From the human T2T-CHM13v2.0 reference genome, Homo sapiens, in NCBI RefSeq assembly GCF_009914755.1, contig NC_060942.1: a DNA stretch of 64,000 bases, one strand, 5' to 3'. Below the pieces are notes generated by a model. That model was not told the DNA's origin, searched no databases, and saw nothing but the letters and a program-made list of their open reading frames with translations. Both the position numbers and the translations under genes were made by a program. Of this stretch, positions 14,531-29,270 are shown piece after piece (position 1 is the first letter of the stretch; every line of letters begins with the position of its first letter).

Positions 14531-14989
14531 CTGTGTGCTGGGAAAAAGTGATACAGAATCAACACCAAGTCACATTTGGGTAAATTTACAGAATCTCCAT
14601 TTCAAAGGAATCCAGGCAGAGGAAGAGAATACCTCATGGGGGCAGGGAGGAGGGTGGAACCAGGCTAGCAATGATTTTTCCTTGACTGTTTGTGCCAGAA
14701 CACAGTAGGGCAATGCCCGCGGCATTCTGAAGGAGAAAGCACATTAACACAGAACTGCAAAAGAGGCCAAGTTGTCCTCCATGTGTACATGTCTTTCATG
14801 TATAAAGGCAATAGATATTCTCAGCCATGCAAGAACCCAAGGAAATTAGAACTGCCCAACTACCACTTTCTGAACTAGTTCGCTGGGAATTGCATGGAGT
14901 AAGGTGAGGCCACGGTGTTTGCTGTGTGCTGTTTCTGTTCCCCGGGAGTGTTCATGACATAATTTCAGCTGTGGACCACAGGGCTGTCA

Positions 14990-15190
14990 TTTGTTGAGTG
15001 ACTAAGTACCACTGACCAGGGCTTTTCACCTCTCATGTATGAAAACCACACAACTTCATTTATGAGACAAATACTTTTAGCCCATTTTACAGGAGATGCA
15101 AAGCAGAGCAAAGGTAAACAACTTCCTAGAGTATTCAGTGGCAGAACCAGGGTTCAAATCCAGGTTTGCCTAGCAACAAGGCTTGTACTA
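14990..15190 (-). mobile_element. MIR
   Basis: CCCATTTTACAG...AACTTCC...GTGGCAGAACCAGGGTTCAAATCCAGGT. Confidence 0.6.
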
Positions 15191-15891
15191 CATCGATTAT
15201 AAAGATTAACCTGGCACCTGCCAAACAATTATGTGAACAGTCCCTACAGGCCATGTCACAAAGTTGAGATCTTCATTGTATAAAAATATTTTCCAAATCT
15301 GGATTTCTATGTTCCAATTGTTCAAGAATATGTCAGGGAGCAAAATCCCCACCCAGAAATGATACAGAAAGGACTGAGACTTTCCATCTAGAAAAGGAAA
15401 TAGGAATAAAGAACTTCATGAATATAGTCTTTAATACCGTGAGTTTCATGGATACAGTTGATGCACTTTGAAGCTTGAGAACAAATAAAAAATAAGAGGA
15501 AGGCCCTTAACAGTCTGTAAGCAACCTGTGTAACCTACCCCAAAATGTGAGAGTGGCAGGAAATGTAACTAGATTCAAACCGCTTGGACACTTGGAAATC
15601 TGGTACCCTAAGAATCTATTTCCCATGTGAGAGTGTGGCCATCAGAAGGGAGACATGGTATCAGGAAGATCTGAGCCTGAATCTTATTCCTCCACTTATT
15701 AAACAAGCTATTTCAACACTGTGCAGCTCAGCTTCTTTAGCTATAAAAAGTGTCTAACTCACTGAATTGGTTTAAACAATTAGTGATAGAACATAAGTAA
15801 AATATTTAGCGTATCATCTGGTTCATTATAAGGTCTCAGTATGTGTTTACGATTATCAACGATAATGACAGTAGTTATAATACCCTCATGA

Positions 15892-16232
<341 letters not shown>

Positions 16233-17835
16233 TATTGCAGTTTCTTTACATTTGCTCCTATTGACTCTCCTCTGTCATCTATTTTGACCTTTCCTTTTTG
16301 ACCTTGGCTTCTATTTGTCAGAGGGGAGGTAAAAATTGTCCTATCAACATCCACATTAGCTTCCACCAGGGCCTAAGGAATCATCATGTAACTTTCCCTT
16401 ACCTATCCTTTTCCTCATTCTCATGGGCTAAAATATGAGCCTTTTGCTTCTGACCTTTGAAGGCTGAATACGCCACATTAATGTGGTGTGCAAATGTGTG
16501 CCAAGCATCCACGAGTAAAGTACACTTAATATTCAAGGGATATTTAATATATCTTTTTACTTATCCCATAGACTTGCTGTTAGAAGAAAGCAATAACTTG
16601 TTTCACCCAACTCTTATGACTGGCTTCATTTAATTTTTAAGGAATTATTTATTTACGTCATTTCTGTTGCTACTTGATAAAGAAATATTGCATTTTTAGA
16701 GATAATGGCTGGAAGCTCAGAAAACAAAACAATAAAGTGAGGAGAAAAATAGCAGAAGTGAAATAGGAGTAATTAGACTTGAATCTGACATCACTTTCTA
16801 TAGCTAATGCAATATATTAGTGCAAGAAAGAGTAACTGTTTTCCATTTACCCTAGTATTTATGATCATTATAAAAAATCACAATCATATTTAGGGAAGTT
16901 CTTGGTGTAAGCCAGTGTATAGAAGCTTTTTACTTGAACTGCATTACGCTGACCCATTTCCGAGCAAGTGATTTTTTCTGCACACACACAAAAAATTTTT
17001 CAAAAAAAATGAAATGTTGCCAACATCATTCTTTTTATATCAAATTTACATACGTTCAAATAACGAATGCAATATCTGCTACTGTTCCAAAACATTCCCT
17101 TATTATTTCTGTATCACCAAAGTGTATCCTTTTGGGGGTTAAAATTTCAGCAATTACTGGAACATGCTGGAACATCTCGTCTTATTACCCTTTAAAAACA
17201 TTTTGCTGTTGAGTAAGACACCGTGGAATCTGGTTTATATTTACTTTCCTTAACTGGACCTGTGTTGTGAAATGAGGTTTGCTTCTTATTATTGTATTCT
17301 TTTTTAAAAACTTTTTTCTACTTTAAACTTATGAATTGCAATCTAAGCAATGTGACAAAAATGAGTTCATGACATTGTTGCTCATCGGCAATGTGGGTCC
17401 CCGGCTGGGGGCCCTCTACACCCTGGGGTTCTCATGCCTGAGAACAGCGAAAGGAGATAAACACACTACTGAGCCTGAACTTGTCACCAGAGCCACCACT
17501 GTAAACCCCGGCCTGAGCTGCACATCACCTGTCCCCAGATGTGGCCATCAAGATGAGTACAGAGACTTCTGACTGCTGTCAATGACCCTGTGACTGCTGT
17601 AGGCTTTGGGCCCAGTTTGGGCATCTCACTCATGTGCCCAGCCTTTGTCCTGCTCCATCACCCCTGACTGAGGCCATTACCAATTCATGCTCTCAGAACT
17701 ACCATCCAGACAGATGCAATGTCTAGCTCTTCCCCTCTACACCAGGCCTGGCCAAGAGAAGCCCCCAGCAGCACAGGAGGCCCAGAGTGAGAGCAGGGGT
17801 ACATTGAATTGCCTACTTCATGGTGCTCAGGAGCC

Positions 17836-18358
17836 TCCTGTTTGATAAGGTAGCCACTAGCCACATGTGGATTTTCAAATTTCTTTTTTTGTTTGTTTTC
17901 GTTTTTGTTTTTTGAGACGGAGTCTTGCTCTGTTGCCTAGGCTGGAGTGCAGTGGCATGACCTCGGCTAACTGCAAGCTCCGCCTCCTGGGATCAAGCGA
18001 TTATCCTGCCTCAGCCGCCTGAGTAGCTGGGATTACAGGTGCCCGTAACTGCACCCGGCTAATTTTTGTGTTTTTAGTAGAGATGGGGTTTCGCCATGTT
18101 GGCCAGGCTGGTCTCAAACTCCTGACCTTAGGTGATCCACCCTCCTCTGCCTCCCAAAGTGCTAGGATTACCGGCATGAGCCATCGTGCCTGGCCTCAAA
18201 TTTCAGTTCATTAAGTGCAAAGAAAACTTGAGCTCAGTTTCTCAGCCTCAATATTTCACATGCTGAACAGTCACAAGTGTCTAGTAGCTATGGAAGTGGA
18301 CAGCAAAGAGTATGGAAGGTTCCCGTCACTGCAGAACATTCCCATGGACAACACTGCC
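17836..18358 (-). mobile_element. MER3 MITE, split by Alu
   Basis: GGTAGCCACTAGCCACATGTGG and ...CACTGCAGAACATTCCCATGGACAACACTG. Confidence 0.7.
17884..18195 (-). mobile_element. AluS
   Basis: Full dimer; TSD TCAAATTTC at 17875-17883 and 18196-18204. Confidence 0.93.
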
Positions 18359-19999
18359 CTGGAAGGTATCACACGTCCTGCAGCTGACGATTGTTAGCCC
18401 AGGAGTTCTGCTAGCTCAGTCTGAATGGAAAGGAGCCCTGTCTTTTTCTGACTCTGTCACCTGTTGCGGATTGGGGTAAGTCAGCTCTTCTCTTTAGGGT
18501 TTTATGTCTCTTCCTGAGAGGGCTCCCCGGAATTAGATTTCAGTCCATGGTGGAAGGAGGGCGGGACTCACATGGTCATGGGTCCTAGGTTACTTGCCTG
18601 TGCTTTGACCTTTCGTAGAATGGCTTTTATTGAATTGAGGTTTTGCACTGTCTTCTACTTATGGGAGGACAGTCATAGAAAATTCAGTATTACAAATTTA
18701 GTGTAGGGATCTTTTGAACTTTAGAAAAATTATATTACATAGTTTTCTTTTTATAAGACCCAAGGGGAGAAATTTTTCTCAGATCCTGGGGCCAGGACAA
18801 AATGTCCTCCTCATAAGCAATTCATGGGTATTTAGGTTTTAAAACAAGGTCAATATTGTAACTAATTTCATTTTCCTCTTTGTTTGCACTATGAGGAGGC
18901 TCAGAGCAACAACATGCGAAGCAATTGGGCTGAATCTTGTGGTTGTCATTTTTCTTTCTTGGTTGTATCTCTAATAAAAGCTTTTTGAAAGCCACCAAAA
19001 TATTTTTGAGAGAAAACTGGAATTGGAATAAATTACTTTATCAATAGAAGGAAATATATTTGCAGAACCTCCAAATGCATATATCATGAAAATACATAAT
19101 CTAAAATCCAGGCTAAGAAAATCCATCTGTTGAGACGATATTCTTACAAAGGTGCGTTCTCAAGAGACTTGACCCTCCGTTGAGAAATCTGGTAAACAGG
19201 TATTTGTGGAGTACAACAAAAGACTAAAAGAACTTAATGTGCCTGAAGTTATAAACACAAATGCAAATGTTCTAAGGACTAAAAAATTTTTTTAAATTTA
19301 TCACTTTGTTTTTAAGCAAAGGGTTTTTGTTGCTGTTGTTAAAAAAAAAGTTGAAAGTTTCTAAAACTGTCACATTGACAGAGTTCTCACCATTCCCACA
19401 CTAAGCATGATCTCTATCATTGAAAACTATCTCTTGACTGAGGAATAAATTAGTAAAAGTAAAAGCATCTCACTCCTCAAAACACTTACTTTAGCATTGT
19501 CAAAATGTAGTTTGTTTTGTTAAAGGGTACTTTAAATTTTAAAAAACTTTCCTAGAAAGCTACAAATAAGGCAACTTCCCACTCAGAATTATATTGTCAT
19601 GGTATCATACTTAACAAAGAAAGAAAAATAATTGTTTTGGAATTAAAATTTGAAGATTCTGACTAGAGTAGACCCAGATATAGTACATGAGAGCTGTCTG
19701 GAAAGTACTGAATTGTTGCTTAGTTGAAGTAACAGAACCCAAAAAAATCTCCTACACAAAGGCAGCCATAGAGTTTCAGCCCAAACATGTGCTCTATAGT
19801 GATCATCTGACATGCTGCTTTCAGGAAGAAGATACTACTCATCCCTGTGTTGAGTCATATAAAACAGTGCAGAGCATTCTTTTTGTTAAATATCTTAGTC
19901 TCTTTCATATTTGTAACACAAACACATGATCATCAATATAATTATGTCTTCTCAATCATTTGGTCAAATAAAGGGCAAGAAAAGAGAAAATTATTTAAA

Positions 20000-20225
20000 T
20001 AATAATAAATTATGGTGTTTGAGAATTTATTGAGTGCTTTGCACGCTGGCCAGTGTTCTAGATGGATTCTCTTATTAATGATTTAACAAACTATGGGGTA
20101 GGTACTGCTCCTAATTTCATTATATAAAAGAGGGAACTTGGGGACTAATTTTTCCAAGGTCCACAGCCCCTCCTCAGTGATAGATGGGACTGTAATCCAA
20201 GACTGAGTGCTTGACCACAGCTCTG
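20000..20225 (-). mobile_element. MIR
   Basis: ATTTATTGAGTGCTT...CTATGGGGTAGGTACT...CCAAGGTCCACAGC. Confidence 0.55.
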
Positions 20226-21639
20226 TAAACCCTGTAAAGAGGATAAAAGTCCTGACTGCAAGTCAGTGGTACAGCTGAGAAAAAAAAAGGAAGAGGGACC
20301 CAGATCTCACCAACCCCACACTGCAAGAGCCCTCCTAAGCTCCGTCTCCACTGCTTAGAATGAATGGGAGCAAGCCATGCCATTAGAACGAATAGGCACA
20401 CACAAAGACTGGATGGATGGCTCTCCAAATAACTGGGAGAAAACAATTCTGCCTTGGCTCTTATTATCTGATGTCAAACTGTTTCATTCTGCATCTCTGT
20501 GAAGAGAGAATAAATGTGTTTTCACTTTTACAAAATTAATTTGCCTATAGTGTATTTAAAGTAATAATCATTCTAATTATCCATCTATTCTGACACCAGA
20601 TAGTTGTGACCCTGAGTAAGCTTGGCTCTCCTATCTCCCTGCTCCCAATTCCATTAAACAAGGATGGATAAAGGGCTTTCTTATCAAAATACCTTAGTAT
20701 TTGATGATGAGTGCAACAAACAAATGCTGAGCTGCCTTTGTATCTAGCCTGAAAGACCAGGCATTTTCCAGTGCAGCTTCTATCCACATTTAAAGGCCTA
20801 ATCCAAATACAGTTTCTATTTGAAATAATAAAGAAATCATTTGGGCCAACATTTTAACATGCAAAAATAATTTAATACTAACAGCTGGCTGGACATCTGT
20901 CTACACATTGTGGCCCACTTCATCTTCCAAATACCTAGGCTATCCCTAGAATGAACCTGCATTGACCCTATGCCCCTTTCCAGATTGAGTAGAAGTGTTC
21001 AGGGAAGCGGGAGAGAGGGTCAACCCTTCCCGTTACTTCAGTCTTTGGGAACTGGTATGTCTCAGCTTGAAGGCTTGTGGCTGGTGGCCCTGCATATCCA
21101 CCTCAAGGGTGTGGCTGAGAGGGCCTTGTGGCCTCCTTGAGAAGGGGATGGCATCTGAGCTCTCCCAGCCCCTGGGTGCTGCCAGCTGCCTCCTAAAGTA
21201 GGAAGCCTCTTACCAGCCCGCAGGACGGCTGGGTAAGCAGCCCTGAAGGAGCAATAATTCAAGCATTTTTATGATATATTTCAGCTGTCTTGGGATTCTC
21301 CCCCACTGCATCTAAACTTTGGCATTTATAACTCATTCCATGTGAAAGTAAGGGACTTCCTGGATTTGGGTCTAAGATTGCAGTTGCTGTTTATAAGTTT
21401 GATTAATCCAGCATTGTCTGTTTTTGTAAAATAGCTTATTTAGATATATTTGATTAGCATTTGTTGGGCTCCTTTGTACCTGCTTGTTCTCTCCTGAAGG
21501 TGAAGGAAAATACCATTCCTTACCAATCTTTCTTCTTTCCCTTGCTCTGGTCCAAAGGGGAAATTAACTTGGCTCTAGCTGACCAGCTACTGGCCACCTC
21601 CCATCTTCACCCTTACGTGAGGCCTGGGAACTTGGCAGG

Positions 21640-21927
21640 GGGTGCAGGGATGTAAGTCCTGATGTCCATATGCGGGAGAAGACAGATGCCCCAGCTCAAA
21701 CAGAGAGGATAAATTCACCTTTCCTCTACCTTTTTTGTTCTATTCGGGCCCTCAAGGGATTGGATAGTGCCTATTTGCAATGGTGAGGGCAATCTTCTTT
21801 ATCCAGCCCCCAGCTCAAATGCTAATCTCTTCTGGAAACACTCTCACAGACACACCCAGAAGTAATGTTTACCACTATCTGGGCATCCTTTAGCCCAGTC
21901 AAGTTGACACATAAAATTAACATCACA
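21640..21927 (-). mobile_element. MLT2-type ERVL LTR, 5' part
   Basis: Reverse strand reads TGTGATGTTAATTTTATGTGTCAACTTGACTGGGCTAAAGGATGCCCAGATAG, the MLT2 5' end. Confidence 0.85.
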
Positions 21928-22588
21928 GCTGATGTGGGTCCTGAGTGGGCCTCCTCGGAGGGTTTGCTGTAGAAGGGCCCTCTGCAGATTTGAATAGCTC
22001 TTTCCAAGCAAACAGGCAGATCAAAAGTGAAATGATCAAAGAGAGTCTAACAAAGACATCGCGCCTGAGTGAGGTGAAGTGTGAATTGTGGAAGCTCTGT
22101 TTATGTTCCGATTCCTTGGGGAGTTGGGTACAAAGGCAAATTTTATTGCAGTAATGAAAAAAATCCATTGATTTACATGGTTCTGAAAATGCATCTAGCC
22201 AGATGAAAGAACACAAACAAAACAAGAATTAACATGATTCTCCTCCTGTCTCCTCCCTCCTCTTCCCTTCATGAATGTGGGTTTTGGGAGGAAATATGAC
22301 TTGTGGATGAGGCAGAAAGCAGGGGCAAACTTCAGATGCTGCCTGGTTCCACCACGTGGACTTGTCTCGCCAGCCATCCAGATGGGCAGAGTGACAGGAG
22401 GAAGGCTTCCTGCCAGCTCCTAGCTGTCCCCATCCTGAGTTCCTATTTGACATGTTAAACAATTACTCAGATAAAGACATAAAAGGCATGGAGAGTATCA
22501 ATTCTCCCCCCGACCTCTCTCATCTGAACCTTCTTCTTGTGTTTGGAGAATTGCTTACATAATAAGCCCTGATGGGAAGCAGAGCTTA

Positions 22589-22989
<401 letters not shown>

Positions 22990-24299
22990 TCAGAATAGTG
23001 ACTGAGACAAATTCCTTCTGGTGGCAGAAGCTCTGGGTTTCCAGGTCACCACTGGCACCACTGTAGCATCTATGTCCATGGTCCAGGGCCAGACACTGAG
23101 CAGGCAATGCCATCCAGGCGCCAGGAGCAGCAACATCCTCTGCAGCTGGGCTCTGTCGAGTGGTTTGTGATGCCATCCCTTCTGCTGCTCAGGCTACCTT
23201 CTCCCTGTTCCACCCAAAGTTCTGTGACCTTTCCAGTGCACCAATGAACCACTCAAAATATTTGCAATCAATTTCTTCTCTGCTTATAGCAGCCAGAGTT
23301 GGCTTTGTTGCTTCCGACTAAGAACCGTTGACTGGCAGCATGCTTTTCAAACTTTACCAAAGCCATGAGGCTGGAAGGAAAGCAATCTACTGGATGGCGT
23401 AACAGGATACAAAAGACTATCAGGAGTTGGAAACTAAGAAGAGGATATCAAACAGATAAATGGGTGTGCCCAAATTGAGCCCAAAATCCAGCACCATGAG
23501 ACCAGGCTTGAGCAATACTTCTCCAACCTGAGTTGGAAAATTCAGACACTTTCACAAAACAAAGGGACACTCTCAGCATTGATTTTAAATATATTTTTTA
23601 TCACATTGCTACTCAAATAAAAGAAATGTAAAATTAAGTATAAGCACCTTATGATCATGGCTCATTTACAGTTATAAAACCAAAACAAATTTACAAATTA
23701 ATTACCAGCAGAACTACAAAAGCAATAACATCCAAATTAACGTCATTAATTTAATGTGAGAGATGATAATGTTTTGCTGAAACGGGATCATTGCTCGCCA
23801 CATGACTCTGGCAGCGACTGCTAAGGCACGTGGGGTTTCTGAGAGGGGCTGGCCTGTCTACACTCCCCAAGCTAGGAATCCACTGAGCCCTGTAAACCCT
23901 CCCATCCGTCACATTTCAGCTTCCCCCCAATTTTTTTTTGTTGCTGCTGTTGTTGCTGTTCCTTTCACCCTTTCCTCCCTGCTCCTCTTAATTTTTATCA
24001 GAGTCTTGTCTCCAGCTAGCTGGGCTTTTGTCTTGGTGCCCTGACTTGCATCAGATTTTCTTCTTTCTGTGAATCAGTCCTTCCTAACTGAGTCCTAACA
24101 CCCTGGGATTGAAGGCATTGGCCCAGTTGAAGCCCGGGGTGACCTCTGGTCAAACTAACTGAGGCCAGAAGGCAAGATCAAGTGGTGCTCATATGATGGC
24201 TCCCACAGCACCTTGGCATTAATGAAGATGCGGAGGGACAGTTCACAGCACAGTGATGTGGGACAGCCACCTCAGAGTAGTACAACATGGCTAAGTCAT

Positions 24300-24700
24300 G
24301 TGTGACGCAGCTCCTCCACCCTGGTGCAAATGTCATGAAAGGTCTTAGGCATGTCCATCAGGGGACATATGTGAAGATGTTCATGGAAGCATTGTTTGTG
24401 GTGGCAAGGGGTGACCTGGTTTCCATCACTGGGAAAGTAATCCATGGCAGATAGATGCTGTGGCATACCATGCAGCAATGCAGCAATTAGAACCCATGGC
24501 AGTTCACATACCAACACGTGGTAGGAACTAGAATGAGACTTAAAATCCTATTTCAAAAGTAAAGATACCTACAAAAAAACTACGCATTTTGCAAAAAGCC
24601 ATGCAAATATAAAGTGCATATCAAATTTAAATGTTTGCATGTAATAGTGAGCAGGAAGGGTAATGAAATGTGTTGATAAAAGACTAATATAAAAACAAAC
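24300..24700 (+). mobile_element. Old L1ME-like 3' fragment
   Basis: GACATATGTGAAGATGTTCATGGAAGCATTGTTTGTGGTGGCAA. Confidence 0.5.
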
Positions 24701-24974
24701 TCACTAACAAACAAGAGAAGAGCTTTATGTGAATGAATGAAAATAGTTTCTATGAATGTTAATGTTTAATGAATGCTTAAGTCGACCCTCTACGCCCAAA
24801 GCAAAAGAAAGAGAAGAGGAGAAAGAAGGGGAGGGAGAGAGGAAGAAATGAAGTGTTGAATACTACAGGTATCTGTCACACATGCAAATTACAAAGTTTT
24901 TTTTAAATCTTACATGATAAGAAAAAGTATTTTGAAAGTTGCAATTAGAAAATCACACTTCAAAAGGCAATAGG

Positions 24975-25114
24975 AAAATTAGCCGGGCCTGGGGGCATGC
25001 GCCTGTAGTGCCAGCTACTCAGGAGGCTGAGGTGGGAGAATTGCTTGAACCCAGAAAGTGGAGGTTACGGTGAGCCGAGATTGTGCCACTGCACTCCAGC
25101 CTGGGCAACAGAGC
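24975..25114 (+). mobile_element. Alu right-arm fragment without tail
   Basis: AAAATTAGCCGGGC...CCTGGGCAACAGAGC then non-Alu sequence; no left arm, no poly(A). Confidence 0.88.
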
Positions 25115-25809
25115 CATTACCCTGACTTTGACTTATCCAAATGCAAGTCTACCAAGCATGGTTGGAACATAATGAACATGAAGCTATTCTCTATTGCATA
25201 ATAAGTTTGCACACAGCTTTATCTTTACAAGCCAGAATAATCTGTGCTATTTCAGTTACATTTGAGTGAAATACCCTAGTCAGGATTCACGAAAACATTT
25301 TATTAACTGATTATAGATCTTGTCGCTTTGGCAGGGAGACTAAGAAGTGCACTTCTGACCTAAAAATCCTTCGGCAGAGATTGAATGACATACCAAGTGT
25401 TACAATTCCCCATCCAATTGCCAGTAAGAGATGCTAGGAAAATGACATTTCTTTCTAACAGGCATCAGCCATATATTAAATAAGATGATGATTTTCATAG
25501 TTATCTTGGAATATGTGAAAATCTTTTAAGACTTTGCAGATAAGTTTTAAAAATAGTTGCTTTGTGTACACAAGAATCAACACCAGTTGATTCTTAACTC
25601 CAAGGCATAAAATGAAGCTTGTTATGGTTTGGCATTGAATTGAACTTTCACCTTAAATTAAATCACAGTAAGAAGACATACAAACAAATTATATGACATC
25701 TCTCAGCTGCAGGAAACATCATACAGCTTAAAATGTATTTACTTTCCAGTCCATTCTAGGTAACTATCAGTTTGTGTAAATATCTGAGTTATTCATGATG
25801 TAAATATTT

Positions 25810-26179
25810 TGCTTGATAGCCATGCGCCCTCCCATTCCTCAGCTCCATTACAGATAGGTGGAACCATGTGAATGGGGATGGGAATCATGAGTGTCACATG
25901 ATGGGAATCATGAGTGTCATATCTGATTTGAGGTTTTAAAACCCGAAGTCAGCGCTCCACCCTCCCACCTTCCCACCTGCCGTGACCACAGAGTGCCCAT
26001 ATGAGGTGCTATAGCACCTCTCAGCATGGGTCTTTGAGAGACTATGAGATACAAGCTCCCTGCCTATTTGCACTGGGTAAGTGGCACAAATGAGAAAGAA
26101 ACCTTTGTTCTATTTAAGCCACTGAGATCTGGGGGTTGTTTGGTTACTACAGCATAAACTAGTCTATTCTGACTAATAT
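25810..26179 (+). mobile_element. Old MLT1 (H/J-like) LTR fragment
   Basis: 3' end GAGAAAGAAACCTTTGTTCTATTTAAGCCACTGAGATCTGGGGGTTGTTTGGTTACTACAGCATAA; contains a 23-bp tandem duplication at 25877-25922. Confidence 0.6.
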
Positions 26180-26261
26180 TCATATTGAATGACTTGGTTA
26201 ACAAATAACCCAGTTGATTACCACAGGGAAGGAACAAAACCAGATTAAAAGATAATTGGCA

Positions 26262-26820
26262 CCGGAAATAAAGGGCATCGAAATTGGAAAGGAGGAAGTC
26301 AGATTTTCCCTGTTTGCTAATGACATGATCGTATATATAGAAAACCCTATACAGATTCCACCAGAAAACAGTTAGTATTAATAAACAAATCCAGTAAAGT
26401 GGCAGGATACAAAATCAACGCTGAAAAAAATCAGTAGTGCTGCTACATGCCAACAGTCTGCCAAAAAAAGTGATCTATAGATTCAATGCAATTCCTATTA
26501 GAAATACCAATTACATTTTTTCACAGAAATAGAAAAAGCAGTCCCAAAATTTGTGAAGAATCCCAAAAGATCAAGATTTTTTTGGCTACATGTGATCTTT
26601 TGTGACCTCAAATAGCCAAAGCAATCTTGAGCAAAAAGAATAAAGCTGGAGGCATCACACTACCTGACTTCAAAATATACTAGAAAGGAATAGTAACCAA
26701 AACATCCTGGTATAGACATACAGACCAAAGGAACAAAATAGAGAATCCAGAAATAAATTCATGTACTTACAGCCAACTGATTTTCAACAAAGGCACCAAG
26801 AACACACATTAAGAAAAAGA
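26262..26820 (+). mobile_element. L1 ORF2 fragment (decayed reverse-transcriptase region, internal deletion)
   Basis: CTGTTTGCTAATGACATGATC encodes LFANDMI (decayed FADD motif); AAGAATAAAGCTGGAGGCATCACACTACCTGACTTCAAA encodes KNKAGGITLPDFK. Confidence 0.9.
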
Positions 26821-26823
26821 CAT

Positions 26824-26990
26824 AATTAGCTGGGTGTGGTGGTGGGTGCCTGTAATCCCAGCTACTTGGGAGGCTGAGGCAAGAGGATCACCTGAGCCTG
26901 GAGGTCAAGGGTGCGGTGAGCTGTGATCATACCACTGCATTCCAGCCTGGGCCACAGAATGAGACCCTGTCTAAAAAAAAAAAAAAAAAA
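26824..26990 (+). mobile_element. AluJ right monomer / FRAM-like
   Basis: Right-arm only, GAGGATCACCTGAGCCTGGAGGTCAAGG, poly(A) tail. Confidence 0.85.
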
Positions 26991-27148
26991 GAGTCAATAG
27001 GGAGTAACTGGGCTTTTCAAATATTAGATTTCACTATAGAGAGTGCAATCAGCTTTAGGTGAAAGTGGTTTTAGGACTATTAACAATATCAGTGTTCAGG
27101 GTCCTTTTGAGAGGTAGACTGAGTAGAAACCAAAGACTGGAGATCCCT

Positions 27149-27190
27149 CTCCAGGTGGGAGGTTCACTACTCCAGGTGGGAGGTCCACTA
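27149..27190. repeat. 21-bp tandem duplication
   Basis: CTCCAGGTGGGAGGT(T/C)CACTA x2. Confidence 0.92.
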
Positions 27191-27307
27191 AGGTTGTGGT
27201 CATGAAAATGAAAGGAAGAGAGAGATATGAATGGCCTTTTGAAGAATCTACAGATACTTGTCACTGAATAGATGCACAAAGCAAAGGGGGATAACTACCA
27301 AGTCCCT

Positions 27308-29270
27308 CACTCATTCCTTCATTCTTTCATTCAGCAAATACATCTTAAGCACCCAGCACCTAGCAGACACTATTCTACACTCCTGGAATACAGCTGTCCC
27401 TGCATTACTGGAACTTAAATGCTAGTGGAGGGGAGACAAACAATAAGCAAATACGACACCATAAATCACATCAGGTGAAGAAAAGAGAACTAGATAAGGG
27501 GATAAAGAGGAACAGAGACTGGGGGAATAGTCATTACTATTTCAGTTACAGTGAGCAGAAGGCCACATTGGTAAGGTAACAGTCAAGCAAAATCTGAATA
27601 AAATGAAGAAGCAAACCATGTGAACATCTAAGGAAGAGCATTTAGGAAGCAGAACAGTAACTGCAAACACAAGAGGTAGGAGTGTGCCAGAAGTGTCCTT
27701 TCCAGCAAGGGATTCATTGGGGCTGGAGTTGAATGAGCAAGGGTCGGCATACAGAGGATGAAGTGGTAGAGGTACCAAGGGGACAAGCCATATTGGTCCT
27801 CCTGTACCATGTAAATATGGGAACTTAATTCTGGGTGAGGTGAGGAAGTTGTGGGTGCATTCTATGTCTAGAAGTGTCATTTAAAAGTATTTATTCTAGC
27901 TCTTATGTGAGGCATAGACTAGGGAAGGAAGAATGAAAGCTGAGAGACCAGAGAAGTTTGTTTCAGGAAGCCAAGAAAGAATGACGTGGTTTGGACTAGA
28001 ATGATAGTAGCAGAGATACGGCCATATTTGAAGTGTGTTTTGGAGGTCAAGTTGGCAAAATTTACTAATAAATTTTATTTTAGCTGTGAGGGGGAAGATG
28101 GGTATCCAAAAATGATCACAAGTTTTCTGAGCAACTTGAAAAAATGAGTTGTGGATTACTCTGGAAGAAGCAGGTTTTGGGGGAAGTACACTAAGGATTC
28201 TTTCTGGGACATGTAAAGTTGAAGATGCCTGTTAAACATCCAAGTGGAGATGTCAGGTAGGAAGTTGGATATAGCATCTAGAGTTCAGGGAGATGGTATA
28301 GGTTGAAGATATAAATGGGGGAGTTGTCAGTTGCTATGATCTCCCCAAAATTTATATGTTGGAACTTACTCTCCAATATGATAGTATTGACAGGTGGGGC
28401 CTTTAGGAGGCGATTAAGTCATGAGGGCTCCACCTTCATGAATGGGATTAGTGCCCTTATAAAAGGGCCCAAGGGGGCTTGTTTGCCTTTTCCACTATAT
28501 GAGGATTCAGTGAGAGGACACCATCTATGAGCCAGAATGAACCTTCACCAGGAGCAGCATCTGCTGGTGGTATGATCTTGGACTTCCCAGTCTCCAGAAC
28601 AGTGAGTAATAAATTTCTATTATTTATAAGTTACTCAGCCTAACGTATTTTGTTATAGCAACCTGGATGTATTCTGACACCCACCTATAGTATTTAAAGC
28701 CACGGAAGTGAACAAGACCATTCAGGGAATGAATCTATGAAGAAAGGGGTCTGGCTTCAAATGGAGCCCCAGGGCAGTCTACCACTTAGAGGTCAAGAAG
28801 ATGAGGAGGAATGCCAAGGAAAGAAACTTGAGAAGAAGTGGTGGGAGAAGACCCAAGAATGTGGTTTCCTGGAGGCCAAGTGAAGAATATGATTCAAGCA
28901 GGATGGAGTGGTCACTGTGTCATGTTTCCAAAAGGTCAAATGAGGACTGAGAACAGATCATTGGGCTTGGCACTGGGAGGACAGTGGTGACCCTCATCAG
29001 AACGGTCCCCAAGGAGCAGGGAGACCTGTTGGGACCAGGTTGAAGAGAGAACTCTATCAAGGTGTTTTACTGTAAAGGAAAGAAGAGAAAAGGGTCATTT
29101 CCCAGAAAAGAAGGGGGCAGGGTTCAAGGTGCTTTTTGTAGTGGGAGAAATTGTAGCATTCTTTTATGCTGATGAGAATGATCTAAAACAGAAGGAAAAC
29201 CAACAATGGAAGAGAGAGAATAATTACCATTACAGGAAAAGACTCCCTGAATTGGCAGGAGGAAGTAGAA
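27308..29270 (-). mobile_element. L2 LINE, split by MLT1A LTR
   Basis: (CATT)n 3' end at 27308-27335, GAAGATGCCTGTTAAACATCCAAGTGGAGATGTC, GGCCAAGTGAAGAA. Confidence 0.75.
28332..28679 (+). mobile_element. MLT1A0-like MaLR solo LTR
   Basis: GGTGGGGCCTTTAGGAGG...ATGAATGGGATTAGTGCCCTTATAAAAG...ATCTTGGACTTCCCAGTCTCCAGAAC...AATAAATTTCT. Confidence 0.87.

Noticed and set aside
26262-26820. Reverse-transcriptase motif as an active or domesticated RT
   Set aside because: Catalytic motif mutated (FAND), frameshifts and internal deletion; ordinary dead L1
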